Below are positions 19,032 to 28,717 of a stretch of 64,000 bases of DNA, in pieces. The notes beneath the pieces were generated by a model. The model was given only the letters and a program-made list of their open reading frames with translations, was not told where the DNA came from and made no database searches. Source of the DNA: a virus (lineage: Duplodnaviria > Caudoviricetes). The DNA lies in the IMG/VR virus record IMGVR_UViG_3300006139_000013, positions 5,354 through 69,353 of that record; one strand, 5' to 3'. The stretch's first letter is position 1, and each line of letters begins with the position of its first letter. The position numbers and the translations under genes are program-made.

Positions 19032-19743
19032 GAACTTTTTTGAATATTCCGTTATTAATTTTTAGCGTATCTTTGTGATCATCGAGTTAGCCGGGATACA
19101 TATTTCCCATTTTGGGAGATTTCATCGGCCCAGCTTTAGATTAAAAAATGAAATTATGCTGGCCTATTTAAATTTGCGGTTGGATACTTTGACCCCATTT
19201 TAGGAATCTTCTCCGATGACAATTCCGATGACAAAATGCGGTTTGGATGTTGAGTAGGTGTACTTTACCTTTTTGGCAAAATGAAAAAAGTTTCAAAATG
19301 TAAACTAACCCCCACGCATAGCGGGAGGGATCAGGCGGGAGGGCGTGGGCGGTTTGTCCCCATTCTGGCGGGTTTGTTCGGCATACACCAAAAACCGAAC
19401 AAACAGCCAGCAGCCAGCCAGACGGCGCAACAGGGCGGACGGGATCAGCCCGGAGGCCAGCGCAGACGATCCCGGCACATTCCCGGCATTTCTGGCGGGT
19501 TTATATGGTGCTTCGCCGTCAATCGTTTTTAAGGCCGTTTCTCGCCGTTTTGACGTTCTCCCCATATCCCAATACCAGCCAGCCCACAAAAGCCCTTGAA
19601 GCGGCCTTAAAACGCCGTATAGAGGCCAGCGCACACAATACAGCGATCCGCCCACACTGGTACAAATTGCCCATATAACGATTTAGTCAATAATGCACAA
19701 AAATATCTTTTGTTTTTTGTGCAATTTTGAAACAAATTTATTA

Positions 19744-19772
19744 TTGACTTTTCCGTTATTATGCGTTATCAT
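19744..19772 (+). promoter_or_regulatory. sigmaA promoter for rightward early region
   Basis: TTGACT-17-TATCAT. Confidence 0.7.
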
Positions 19773-20141
19773 TTAATCACCGCAAGGGACAACGGCACAG
19801 CGGCAGCGGGGTTGATACCGCTTAGAGTTTATCAATCAGTAAACCTTGAGCCATACTAAAGGTGAAGGGCTGCTTGACACAAGCGAAGCAATTATTCCAG
19901 CGTTACCGGGCTATTGGAGCATAGCAGATCAAAAAGGCAGTTTGTGGTAAATCTGCGATAATTAAAAGGCCACAAAAACCGATTGAACAACGGTATTTTG
20001 ACACATACACCACAATAAATATATTGCGGAGTCCATACCGTGACTATAAATCACTGGTTTTCTGGCGGGTTTTCCAGTACAAAAAGCCCGATCCCATATC
20101 CCCAAAATAACGACATACTCAATAATATGGAGGTTTTGAAA

Positions 20142-20699
20142 ATGACAGTTAAAACAGAGTTTCAAGCGTGGGAGGCTGTTGCCGCATTATTCCCCACGGA
20201 GTACAAAAAAGATGAAGAGGCCAGCAAAAGAGCGGGTTATACCATTTATAGAAGCACTGTCAACTACTACGATTATTTTTGTATGTTGGGCGATAGGATC
20301 GAAGTCAATTTCTCCAATGGTAAAACCGTTAATGTATGGATCAAACCCGATCCGAAGCCCGAAGTTAGAGCGTACAAAACCGAAGCAGAATTGCGGGAAA
20401 TGGCCGAAGCTATCAGTGAAGAAATTGTGATCCGCACGATTGAAAACGGCAATAGCAGAGACACACGGCGCAAGGCAAGCAAGCCCGAAAAGGCCATAAT
20501 TTACAAAATCGCCTATGGTGCATTGTTGGCATTAAACCACGGCGAAAAAGCCAGATCGTCACAACTGGCGGAGCAATCTATAGTTGACGGCGCAGAGTTT
20601 ACGATTGATTTATTTATCCCTGATTGTAACGGCTATGATACCATGTATAGGCCGCTGAAAAAAGCTATTGCAGAATGGACGAAGGAGGCCACAAAATGA
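20142..20699 (+). CDS. hypothetical early protein
   Basis: ATG after GGAGG. Confidence 0.7.
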   Translation: MTVKTEFQAWEAVAALFPTEYKKDEEASKRAGYTIYRSTVNYYDYFCMLGDRIEVNFSNGKTVNVWIKPDPKPEVRAYKTEAELREMAEAISEEIVIRTIENGNSRDTRRKASKPEKAIIYKIAYGALLALNHGEKARSSQLAEQSIVDGAEFTIDLFIPDCNGYDTMYRPLKKAIAEWTKEATK

Positions 20700-20923
20700 A
20701 AAACGCAAATATTGACGTTCACGGCGTTTATAACCTATTTAACACTGGCGGGATCGAAGTACACATTGAAGAAGGCTATGATCCCTTTATCCTCTGGCGG
20801 TTTTCTATCGTTGACACGGAGCCGCAAAAATGGCACAAGGCAAAAATCAGCTACACCCAAAAAGGCGCATTTTTTCGGGCTGCTGGTATGCGGATTTATC
20901 TATCTGAAGTTATGCGAGTATAA
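20696..20923 (+). CDS. hypothetical early protein
   Basis: AAGGAGG RBS, coupled to previous gene. Confidence 0.65.
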   Translation: MKNANIDVHGVYNLFNTGGIEVHIEEGYDPFILWRFSIVDTEPQKWHKAKISYTQKGAFFRAAGMRIYLSEVMRV

Positions 20924-20978
20924 CGGTTTAATCAATAGCTGACCTAACGGCTACACGGGGAGAAAGTGAAGGTATGTC

Positions 20979-21311
20979 ATGAAATACAAGACAACAAAAA
21001 AGGCGATCCGGGAAATGGGCGATCCGGTTTATTGCGTGGGATATGCTAACCTTCAGAATTTGTTCCGGTTTGTTGATCCCTTTGCCTATAGTACACGGGC
21101 CGAAGGTTGGGCTTGCGATTATTACAGCGTGGGAAACGTGATTATTTCAACAGGCTATTCCCCCATTGGGCGCAAGACTGATTATAAACTTTGTCGTGAA
21201 TATGACAAAAAAGCGGCGGAAATTTTGCGGGACTACACTCTCAAATGGGAACAGCAGCGGGATCAGTTGGAAAACCTGATTGAAGAATTTGTTGAAAAGT
21301 TGACGGCATAA
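20979..21311 (+). CDS. hypothetical early protein
   Basis: 110 aa, RBS. Confidence 0.7.
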   Translation: MKYKTTKKAIREMGDPVYCVGYANLQNLFRFVDPFAYSTRAEGWACDYYSVGNVIISTGYSPIGRKTDYKLCREYDKKAAEILRDYTLKWEQQRDQLENLIEEFVEKLTA

Positions 21312-21328
21312 AGGGGAGGAAAAACAAA

Positions 21329-21727
21329 ATGAAAACGATCAGAAACAAGACTGTAAACCAGACAATCCGCAAGTATCTTCTTGACAATATGGATTTTAGC
21401 GGATATGTGGGATATTTTGACGGCATGGACACGGAGCCGAAAACCAACACGGAAAAAACGCTTGCAATCTGGAAAATTTTCCAGAGTGAAAAAGGTTGGG
21501 AAGTGGATCGTATCGGAAAACAAGCCGCTTTTATAAACTGGCTGCAAGGGCTGGCCTCTGCTATGACGGTAGACTTCACCTATTACGATCAAATGCGCTT
21601 AATGTCTGCATGGTTTGACGTTGACGAAGATACAGCGTTAGAAATGGCGGAGCGTGGGGATTTTTGGAAACGTTGCACAACGGTATATTTTGAAATGCTG
21701 GCAGACGCACAAAAGGCAGCGGCATAA
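21329..21727 (+). CDS. hypothetical early protein
   Basis: GGAGG RBS. Confidence 0.7.
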   Translation: MKTIRNKTVNQTIRKYLLDNMDFSGYVGYFDGMDTEPKTNTEKTLAIWKIFQSEKGWEVDRIGKQAAFINWLQGLASAMTVDFTYYDQMRLMSAWFDVDEDTALEMAERGDFWKRCTTVYFEMLADAQKAAA

Positions 21728-21743
21728 AAGGGAGGTTTATAAA

Positions 21744-21995
21744 ATGACTATTCATAAGGCAAAAGCCAGCGCATACAACGAAGTAACAACAGCGGCAGTA
21801 TATGATTATATGCGACAGTATTTAGCGGAAATTTCCCGTATGATAGAGCCAGAAGAGGACGGAGGAACAGGCAACGCATACAAGGCAAAACTTCAGCAGA
21901 TGGAAAAAGTAAATCGTACAACATTAAAGACTTGTGCGGCAGAATTGGAAACGATTGTTAAACGGCTGAAATATGCTATTGATGGACAATATTAA
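21744..21995 (+). CDS. hypothetical early protein
   Basis: GGAGG RBS. Confidence 0.65.
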   Translation: MTIHKAKASAYNEVTTAAVYDYMRQYLAEISRMIEPEEDGGTGNAYKAKLQQMEKVNRTTLKTCAAELETIVKRLKYAIDGQY

Positions 21996-22101
21996 AAGCT
22001 GGAAAAATGAAGCGGTTTTCTGAAGGGTTTTCCCCGCAACAAATAAAGCCCTATCCCATACACCTATAAACCACAACGGGGAAATTATGGAGGTTTTAAT
22101 A

Positions 22102-22350
22102 ATGAAATATTATCGGGTCAAGCCAGAATTTGACGGGAAAACTCTGTATAAAAAGCAAAGGCAGCGGGGATATAGCAGCACTTATAAAGTCCCTAACGGC
22201 TACAATTTAATTGCTAATGAATTGTTGACGGAGAAAGAAGTGGAAAAATTGAACGTGCCGCAAGTGTGCATTGATCCCGTGGACGTGAAAAAGAGTGAAG
22301 TATACTTCTGTTTTGGCGCACGTTTTCGGGCGCAAACAAGGAGGGTTTGA
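22102..22350 (+). CDS. hypothetical early protein
   Basis: GGAGG RBS. Confidence 0.65.
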   Translation: MKYYRVKPEFDGKTLYKKQRQRGYSSTYKVPNGYNLIANELLTEKEVEKLNVPQVCIDPVDVKKSEVYFCFGARFRAQTRRV

Positions 22351-22535
22351 AAATGGACTATACCAAAAAGAACATAAAGCAAGCACTTTCTAAATTAAAA
22401 AGTGCTGAAGAAAAAGAGAAGTTTTTGAAAAACCATAATATTAAATTTACACATGATAGTTTTAATAAACTGGTTATCTGGTGTAAAGATGGAATTTTAG
22501 AAATGATCCCCATTTATAGGAGGTTGGGAAAATGA
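22347..22535 (+). CDS. hypothetical early protein
   Basis: Overlapping start/stop. Confidence 0.55.
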   Translation: MKMDYTKKNIKQALSKLKSAEEKEKFLKNHNIKFTHDSFNKLVIWCKDGILEMIPIYRRLGK

Positions 22536-22664
22536 ATAATAGCAAGTTAAATGAATTGTTTGATATATGCTTTAATTGCGAAAATGAAGAAAGTACATGG
22601 TGCGATGATTGTCCTATAAAGAAAAAAATAGATTTGCTACAATATAATGAAAGGGGCAAAAATC

Positions 22665-22898
22665 ATGATTTATGAAAATATTATTTCTGATATTGATAGT
22701 TGCATTTATGAACCGTGGAGAATGTGCGGCGAATATGAGGACGGATTTACTGTTACCGTGGGCGGGAATGATGAAGAAGATTGTATGCAACGGCTGATTG
22801 ACCTACAGGAAAAACACGGTGATTTAACATGGTATTCTGGTTATGTAGATCAGGACTATGCAGCGGGAGAATATATCGGTAGAGAAAATTTTTATTGA
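22665..22898 (+). CDS. acidic hypothetical protein
   Basis: AAGGGG RBS. Confidence 0.6.
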   Translation: MIYENIISDIDSCIYEPWRMCGEYEDGFTVTVGGNDEEDCMQRLIDLQEKHGDLTWYSGYVDQDYAAGEYIGRENFY

Positions 22899-23170
22899 TT
22901 AATTGGAGGGCTGGAAAAATGGTAAAGTTTGAAATTAGACAAATTGACGCATTGAATTTTGAAGGCGAAGGCTGGCATTGGAATACCTCTTATAAAATGG
23001 GCGAGTTTAAGACAAGCGCAACAGATCAAAAAAGAGCGTTCTTGTATGCCCTTCACAAAATGGGGATCGTGTGCAAGCGTGGAAGAATGGCGGTTGTTAG
23101 TGACGGTGATATGTACGAATTACAAGATAGACGCACAGGGGAGCCGTTGTTTGCAGCTATTCCATGTTGA
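22895..23170 (+). CDS. hypothetical early protein
   Basis: ORF in operon; start may be 22919. Confidence 0.6.
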   Translation: MINWRAGKMVKFEIRQIDALNFEGEGWHWNTSYKMGEFKTSATDQKRAFLYALHKMGIVCKRGRMAVVSDGDMYELQDRRTGEPLFAAIPC

Positions 23171-23496
23171 TAGTGGAAAAATAAGGAGGATTTAATATGG
23201 ATCGTCAAGAAGTATTTAATAATATTCTTTCTAATCTGGAGTATGACAATATTAACTATGACGTTGTTTCAGAATGCGGGAAAACAGTTGTTTATATTCA
23301 TTGTTCTAATGGGACTATGAAATTGACAGTTGATTGTTAGGAGGAAAACCATGATTGATAATAGCAAGATCAGAGCGGCGGAAAAATGCCTGATTGATAA
23401 TGGCATAGAGCCAGACGAAGCAAGCACTGTATTACAGGCAATCGGATATATTCTTCTTGATACAGAATTGTATCCTGATACATTGGAGGAAGAATA

Positions 23497-23763
23497 ATGT
23501 TTGTTTATAGTGTGATTGGTTTTCCTATTGGTGGAGGTTGGGCGACATTCCATAGAGAATATAAACGGCGCAAGAATGCGGAAAAACAACAAAAGAAATT
23601 AGCGGTTAGCGGAAATTTCAAAAGCGTTATGTTAAGACAAGAGGAAGTCTTAATTGACAATGGGAAAGATTATATATCTATTGACAGTCCTCTTTATTCA
23701 TTTGAACGTGACGCAAGCGGAAAAATCACAAGAAAAGATTATGGACGGAGGGTAACACAATGA
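23497..23763 (+). CDS. hypothetical early protein
   Basis: GGAGG RBS. Confidence 0.6.
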   Translation: MFVYSVIGFPIGGGWATFHREYKRRKNAEKQQKKLAVSGNFKSVMLRQEEVLIDNGKDYISIDSPLYSFERDASGKITRKDYGRRVTQ

Positions 23764-24464
23764 AAATCTATGCAAGACAGATTATGCCTGAATTTCAGGA
23801 TAGCAGGATTTTTGATGATGATGGAAACGGCGTTGAGTATATCAATGTATGGGGAAATAAGGACTACCAGAGCCGTACAAGCAGCGTGTTTGATAGGGTA
23901 AAAGAGTGTCTTGATGCTGGAGAACTGGCAGAGGATATTGAAGCGGTTATGGAGAAAAATCCTTCGGCAATCTATGGCAATATCACGGAGGCCATTAATA
24001 ATCAGTTGTGGCGTGACGATGGAAAACCCTATAGCACACGGCAGATCGGAAAACTGAAGCAGCTTGTTCTTCGGTATAGTGAATGCAGGAGCAGCGAAGA
24101 GGATCAGATTTTGGTTGACGTTCTTTCTATTGTAACAGGGGAAGAATGGGACTATAGGAATATTCACGGCTGCTGTCAAAGTGAATGGAATACCGTTTAT
24201 TATCCCGTCAAATATTGGACAAAGGAAAGTCTGGACGCTTTTGAAACAATGTATTTCAACACTGGATCAGAGTGGATCGTGCATGAGGGCGACACGGAGC
24301 CGACAAGCCCTGAAGAAATTGACGGTTGTGCTTACTATTGCGTGTCGTGGAATGATGAAGGAATTAAAAAGGAGTTGGCAGAAGCAGCGGGAGGAAATGT
24401 GGAGGACGTTGTACTTTATAAATATTCTGGATCGGTTAGCATTCCTACTTATAAAGTAGCTTGA
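23760..24464 (+). CDS. hypothetical early protein
   Basis: 234 aa, GGAGG RBS. Confidence 0.75.
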   Translation: MKIYARQIMPEFQDSRIFDDDGNGVEYINVWGNKDYQSRTSSVFDRVKECLDAGELAEDIEAVMEKNPSAIYGNITEAINNQLWRDDGKPYSTRQIGKLKQLVLRYSECRSSEEDQILVDVLSIVTGEEWDYRNIHGCCQSEWNTVYYPVKYWTKESLDAFETMYFNTGSEWIVHEGDTEPTSPEEIDGCAYYCVSWNDEGIKKELAEAAGGNVEDVVLYKYSGSVSIPTYKVA

Positions 24465-24507
24465 CCATAGCGGAAAAATAAAGCCATACCGCAGAAGGGA
24501 AAATAAA

Positions 24508-24786
24508 ATGGAAAAAGGGTTTAACAGATCGGGATTTATGGCTTATATGGAGCAGGAATTTCATATGGAAAACTGTATGTTGCGTGGGATTGTGGAAAAC
24601 CTGATTGAGTATGGGCATAAGCATGAACAAGTTAGCAAGGATCAGTTTGTGCAATGGCTGGCTGATATGATCCCGGAAATTTCCTTCGGAGAAATTGCCG
24701 CTTTTATGGAGGATGATTGTTTGACAGAGCATGGAAAAGCGGAAAAACAACAGGCATTGCAAATGATGGAATGCCCTGCATATTAA
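24508..24786 (+). CDS. hypothetical protein (copy 1)
   Basis: 92 aa; duplicated. Confidence 0.7.
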   Translation: MEKGFNRSGFMAYMEQEFHMENCMLRGIVENLIEYGHKHEQVSKDQFVQWLADMIPEISFGEIAAFMEDDCLTEHGKAEKQQALQMMECPAY

Positions 24787-24798
24787 GGAGGCGGGAAA

Positions 24799-25044
24799 GT
24801 GGAATACATAGATAAAGAATGGGAAGAACTGGAGCGTAAAGCGGAAAAAATAGAAAAGATCGTGCGTACTATTTCAGGTTGGGCAACAGCAATATTCTTT
24901 ATCCTGATTTTGGGTAAGGCGGGAGCGTCCGATTGTGGCGCACCGTGGGAAGAAATTTTCCCGTCAACCTTTATCTATTGTGGATTGATGATCGTATCAT
25001 TCCATATATGGGAGGCTGCTGGAGGCAACCGAATAAACAAATAA
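24799..25044 (+). CDS. small membrane protein (copy 1)
   Basis: Two hydrophobic segments; GTG after AAGGAGG. Confidence 0.65.
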   Translation: MEYIDKEWEELERKAEKIEKIVRTISGWATAIFFILILGKAGASDCGAPWEEIFPSTFIYCGLMIVSFHIWEAAGGNRINK

Positions 25045-25190
25045 CTATATAATCAATAAGGAGGCGGAAAAGTGATATATACAATTTGTGGCGTTCCTTG
25101 TATTGAAGTCTGTATAGAAAGTGACCACAAACAATCATTCTTCTATGCTGGCAGATACTTTGTAAAATTATCAGACTACTACACAGAGGA

Positions 25191-25643
25191 TTGATGAAAA
25201 TGAATTGTCCACAATGCGGAAAACCCATCTTAAACAGGCATTATGGCGGGTTATGTCAAGGTTGTTACAAGTATTTCAAGAGCGGTGGAACGATACACAG
25301 TATTCCAGTAGCGGGAACAATCGCCTATGACGATCAGGGAAAAATCATATGTCACATTTGCGGAAAATCGTTTGTGCGGTTGGGAAGTCATATCAAAGAA
25401 AGTCACGGCTTGACTATAGCAGAGTACAAAGAGCAGTTTGGTTTGTGTCACGGCACACGGACAACGGAAAAATCCTATTCCAACATAATGAGCCGACACG
25501 CAAAGAACAACGGCATGGATCAGCAGCTTTTAGAAGCAGGAAAAGCAACACGTATTAAAAAGGGCGATACGCATATGCGAAAAGGGAAAGAAGTTAGATT
25601 GCAGGAGCGGATCGACAAGCGCAAGCGGAGATTTAAGAAATAA
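25191..25643 (+). CDS. Ros/MucR-like Zn-finger protein (copy 1)
   Basis: ICHICGKSFVRLGSHIKESHGLTIAEYKEQFGL. Confidence 0.75.
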   Translation: MMKMNCPQCGKPILNRHYGGLCQGCYKYFKSGGTIHSIPVAGTIAYDDQGKIICHICGKSFVRLGSHIKESHGLTIAEYKEQFGLCHGTRTTEKSYSNIMSRHAKNNGMDQQLLEAGKATRIKKGDTHMRKGKEVRLQERIDKRKRRFKK

Positions 25644-25687
25644 TCCATAGCGGAAAAATAAAGCCATACCGCAGAAGGGAAAATAAA

Positions 25688-25966
25688 ATGGAAAAAGGGT
25701 TTAACAGATCGGGATTTATGGCTTATATGGAGCAGGAATTTCATATGGAAAACTGTATGTTGCGTGGGATTGTGGAAAACCTGATTGAGTATGGGCATAA
25801 GCATGAACAAGTTAGCAAGGATCAGTTTGTGCAATGGCTGGCTGATATGATCCCGGAAATTTCCTTCGGAGAAATTGCCGCTTTTATGGAGGATGATTGT
25901 TTGACAGAGCATGGAAAAGCGGAAAAACAACAGGCATTGCAAATGATGGAATGCCCTGCATATTAA
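25688..25966 (+). CDS. hypothetical protein (copy 2)
   Basis: Identical to 24508-24786. Confidence 0.65.
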   Translation: MEKGFNRSGFMAYMEQEFHMENCMLRGIVENLIEYGHKHEQVSKDQFVQWLADMIPEISFGEIAAFMEDDCLTEHGKAEKQQALQMMECPAY

Positions 25967-25978
25967 GGAGGCGGGAAA

Positions 25979-26224
25979 GTGGAATACATAGATAAAGAAT
26001 GGGAAGAACTGGAGCGTAAAGCGGAAAAAATAGAAAAGATCGTGCGTACTATTTCAGGTTGGGCAACAGCAATATTCTTTATCCTGATTTTGGGTAAGGC
26101 GGGAGCGTCCGATTGTGGCGCACCGTGGGAAGAAATTTTCCCGTCAACCTTTATCTATTGTGGATTGATGATCGTATCATTCCATATATGGGAGGCTGCT
26201 GGAGGCAACCGAATAAACAAATAA
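25979..26224 (+). CDS. small membrane protein (copy 2)
   Basis: Identical to 24799-25044. Confidence 0.6.
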   Translation: MEYIDKEWEELERKAEKIEKIVRTISGWATAIFFILILGKAGASDCGAPWEEIFPSTFIYCGLMIVSFHIWEAAGGNRINK

Positions 26225-26370
26225 CTATATAATCAATAAGGAGGCGGAAAAGTGATATATACAATTTGTGGCGTTCCTTGTATTGAAGTCTGTATAGAAA
26301 GTGACCACAAACAATCATTCTTCTATGCTGGCAGATACTTTGTAAAATTATCAGACTACTACACAGAGGA

Positions 26371-26823
26371 TTGATGAAAATGAATTGTCCACAATGCGGA
26401 AAACCCATCTTAAACAGGCATTATGGCGGGTTATGTCAAGGTTGTTACAAGTATTTCAAGAGCGGTGGAACGATACACAGTATTCCAGTAGCGGGAACAA
26501 TCGCCTATGACGATCAGGGAAAAATCATATGTCACATTTGCGGAAAATCGTTTGTGCGGTTGGGAAGTCATATCAAAGAAAGTCACGGCTTGACTATAGC
26601 AGAGTACAAAGAGCAGTTTGGTTTGTGTCACGGCACACGGACAACGGAAAAATCCTATTCCAACATAATGAGCCGACACGCAAAGAACAACGGCATGGAT
26701 CAGCAGCTTTTAGAAGCAGGAAAAGCAACACGTATTAAAAAGGGCGATACGCATATGCGAAAAGGGAAAGAAGTTAGATTGCAGGAGCGGATCGACAAGC
26801 GCAAGCGGAGATTTAAGAAATAA
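26371..26823 (+). CDS. Ros/MucR-like Zn-finger protein (copy 2)
   Basis: Identical to 25191-25643. Confidence 0.7.
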   Translation: MMKMNCPQCGKPILNRHYGGLCQGCYKYFKSGGTIHSIPVAGTIAYDDQGKIICHICGKSFVRLGSHIKESHGLTIAEYKEQFGLCHGTRTTEKSYSNIMSRHAKNNGMDQQLLEAGKATRIKKGDTHMRKGKEVRLQERIDKRKRRFKK

Positions 26824-26874
26824 TCCATAGCGGAAAAACTATCAAAAACTATATTTATTAAAAGGAGAATTATC

Positions 26875-28005
26875 ATGAATAGACTTAATGTACAGTGGAC
26901 GGCAAAGACTCTGGTAAATCAGATGAAGCGTGGAAACGTCAATTTTGACAATGCGGTGCAGCGTGGCCTTGTGTGGGACGTGGAAAAGAAGTCTCTTCTC
27001 ATTCACAGTATGGTTTATGGTTATGCGATCCCCGCTATGTATTTCACACGTGATGAAAACAAGGTGTATGACAGTCTGGACGGAAAACAGCGGAGCAATG
27101 CAATCTGTGAGTTTATGAATGATGAATTTGCCCTTGTTACCGATACGCCTCCCGTGTATGACGATGACGGAAACATGGAAGATATTAGCGACATGACATT
27201 TAGCCAGTTGCCTGAATGGGTACAGGATCGGATCAATGAGTATTCTCTTACGATTTACTATTATGAGGATATGACAGAGCAGGAGATCAGGGAGTTCTTC
27301 AGGCGGTTGAACAATGGCAAGCCCTTGACGGCGGTTGAGTTGACCAGAGTAAATACGCCTTGTCTGATGGTGTTTCAGCAGCTTGCAGAGCATGACGCTA
27401 TCCAGAATGTTGTCACGGCGGCTGGCAAGCGGCGGTTTACCGATGAAAACATTGCTATGCAGCTTTATCATATGGCAACCGTGGAAAACCCGGACTTCTC
27501 CACAAAGTCTTTCCGTGAATGGGCAAAGTCTGTCGAGACTGACAATGAGATTATCGGAAAAATCCAGTCTGGCCTTGATGCCTACTGCGAGTTCTTTACA
27601 GGGCTTGATCCCGCCGCTGATAAGAAAATCCTTCGGACGATTAAGACACGGACGCACTTTGTTAGCTGTGCTTACTATTGCTATCTGGCAGTACAGGAAG
27701 AGACTACACAGGACGAGATCAACCAGACGTTGCGGACGTTCTTTAGCGGCAATCCTTCCACCTCTGAAGATTATAACAAGACTGTCGGTAGCGGCAGCGC
27801 AAAGCCCGGAGCGGTTCAGACACGGCAGCGGATCATGCAGGAGTTGGCTGGTGTAGAGGTACAGAAAGATACTGATGTAACGGAAGAAAAGATTGAGGAC
27901 GCACAAGATCAGCAGGATCAGGAGCCGTTGCAGGAGTCCGAAGTGGAAAATCATGGTGAAGCTGGTGAGCAGCTTACCATTGAGGACGGAGAAAAGCAGG
28001 AATAA
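26875..28005 (+). CDS. DUF262 (GmrS/SspE N-terminal, ParB-like) protein
   Basis: VQRGLVW; LIHSM; LDGKQR; FRRLNNG; no HNH domain seen. Confidence 0.85.
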   Translation: MNRLNVQWTAKTLVNQMKRGNVNFDNAVQRGLVWDVEKKSLLIHSMVYGYAIPAMYFTRDENKVYDSLDGKQRSNAICEFMNDEFALVTDTPPVYDDDGNMEDISDMTFSQLPEWVQDRINEYSLTIYYYEDMTEQEIREFFRRLNNGKPLTAVELTRVNTPCLMVFQQLAEHDAIQNVVTAAGKRRFTDENIAMQLYHMATVENPDFSTKSFREWAKSVETDNEIIGKIQSGLDAYCEFFTGLDPAADKKILRTIKTRTHFVSCAYYCYLAVQEETTQDEINQTLRTFFSGNPSTSEDYNKTVGSGSAKPGAVQTRQRIMQELAGVEVQKDTDVTEEKIEDAQDQQDQEPLQESEVENHGEAGEQLTIEDGEKQE

Positions 28006-28060
28006 GTCATAGCGGAAAAGCTGTCCTATCTGGCTATACGGGGAGAAAGGAAAAGTCAAA

Positions 28061-28708
28061 ATGAAAATTAGGACATGGATTAAATATGAAGAAAGTTATA
28101 TCCCGAAGGGGTGTAGGAAATTTCGTTATCGGGAATGTGAGGATCATGTAAATATTACATTAGCGGAAACGTCAAAGGACAATCTGCGACTGGCTTTTGA
28201 AGATAATTCCTTTCAAGGGCAAGGCAAAATTTATCTGTATAACGGAAAACTGTGGAGACTTGCAACTATCAATGATATTTGTGCTGGCGGTGAAGATGAA
28301 TATGGTTATCATACTCCGCTGGAGGCCCTTGTATATTGGCGTGAGCATAGCAGTTCATATTTTAGGTTTGGTTTTGATCGTGAACGTGGGAAGAAAACCG
28401 GCAGAGCAGCGGTGATTGGAAAAGCTATAGCTGATATGAGAGAGTATCTTTTGGTTGACGGAAACTTGTATATAAAAACCAGTGTTCCTTTTTACTGCAT
28501 TACAACATTCGGTTTAGGCATGAATCATGGTGGAACTGGTTTGTTTGTTCATTACAATCGTAAATGGAGAAAGAAAGAATTTGACGCATTACACGGAAAA
28601 GAAGCTGTACAAAAAGCAACAGAGATTGCACTTCAGCGTGGAGATACAGAAAGTGTACCGCATTTTCATGAAATGATTGTGGTGCATATGCCTGAATTAG
28701 TGAGATAG
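28061..28708 (+). CDS. hypothetical protein
   Basis: 215 aa ORF. Confidence 0.7.
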   Translation: MKIRTWIKYEESYIPKGCRKFRYRECEDHVNITLAETSKDNLRLAFEDNSFQGQGKIYLYNGKLWRLATINDICAGGEDEYGYHTPLEALVYWREHSSSYFRFGFDRERGKKTGRAAVIGKAIADMREYLLVDGNLYIKTSVPFYCITTFGLGMNHGGTGLFVHYNRKWRKKEFDALHGKEAVQKATEIALQRGDTESVPHFHEMIVVHMPELVR

Positions 28709-28717
28709 GAGAACGTC

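Larger units (their letters stand above)
24465..26838 (+). repeat. tandem duplication, two 1180-bp units plus a 14-bp terminal repeat
   Basis: 24465-25644 matches 25645-26824; identical translations; CCATAGCGGAAAAA at each junction. Confidence 0.95.

Noticed and set aside
19281-19655. Three overlapping ORFs in the GC-rich block
   Set aside because: No convincing RBS, atypical composition, mutual overlap; hairpins fit non-coding better.
26826-28008. Meaning in the 1180/1180/1182 spacing
   Set aside because: The third interval is unrelated sequence; the similar length is probably coincidence.
26842-28059. 405-aa minus-strand ORF
   Set aside because: Antisense shadow of the DUF262 gene; no RBS or motifs. 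The same applies to other long shadows such as 52442-53362 and 60615-61424.
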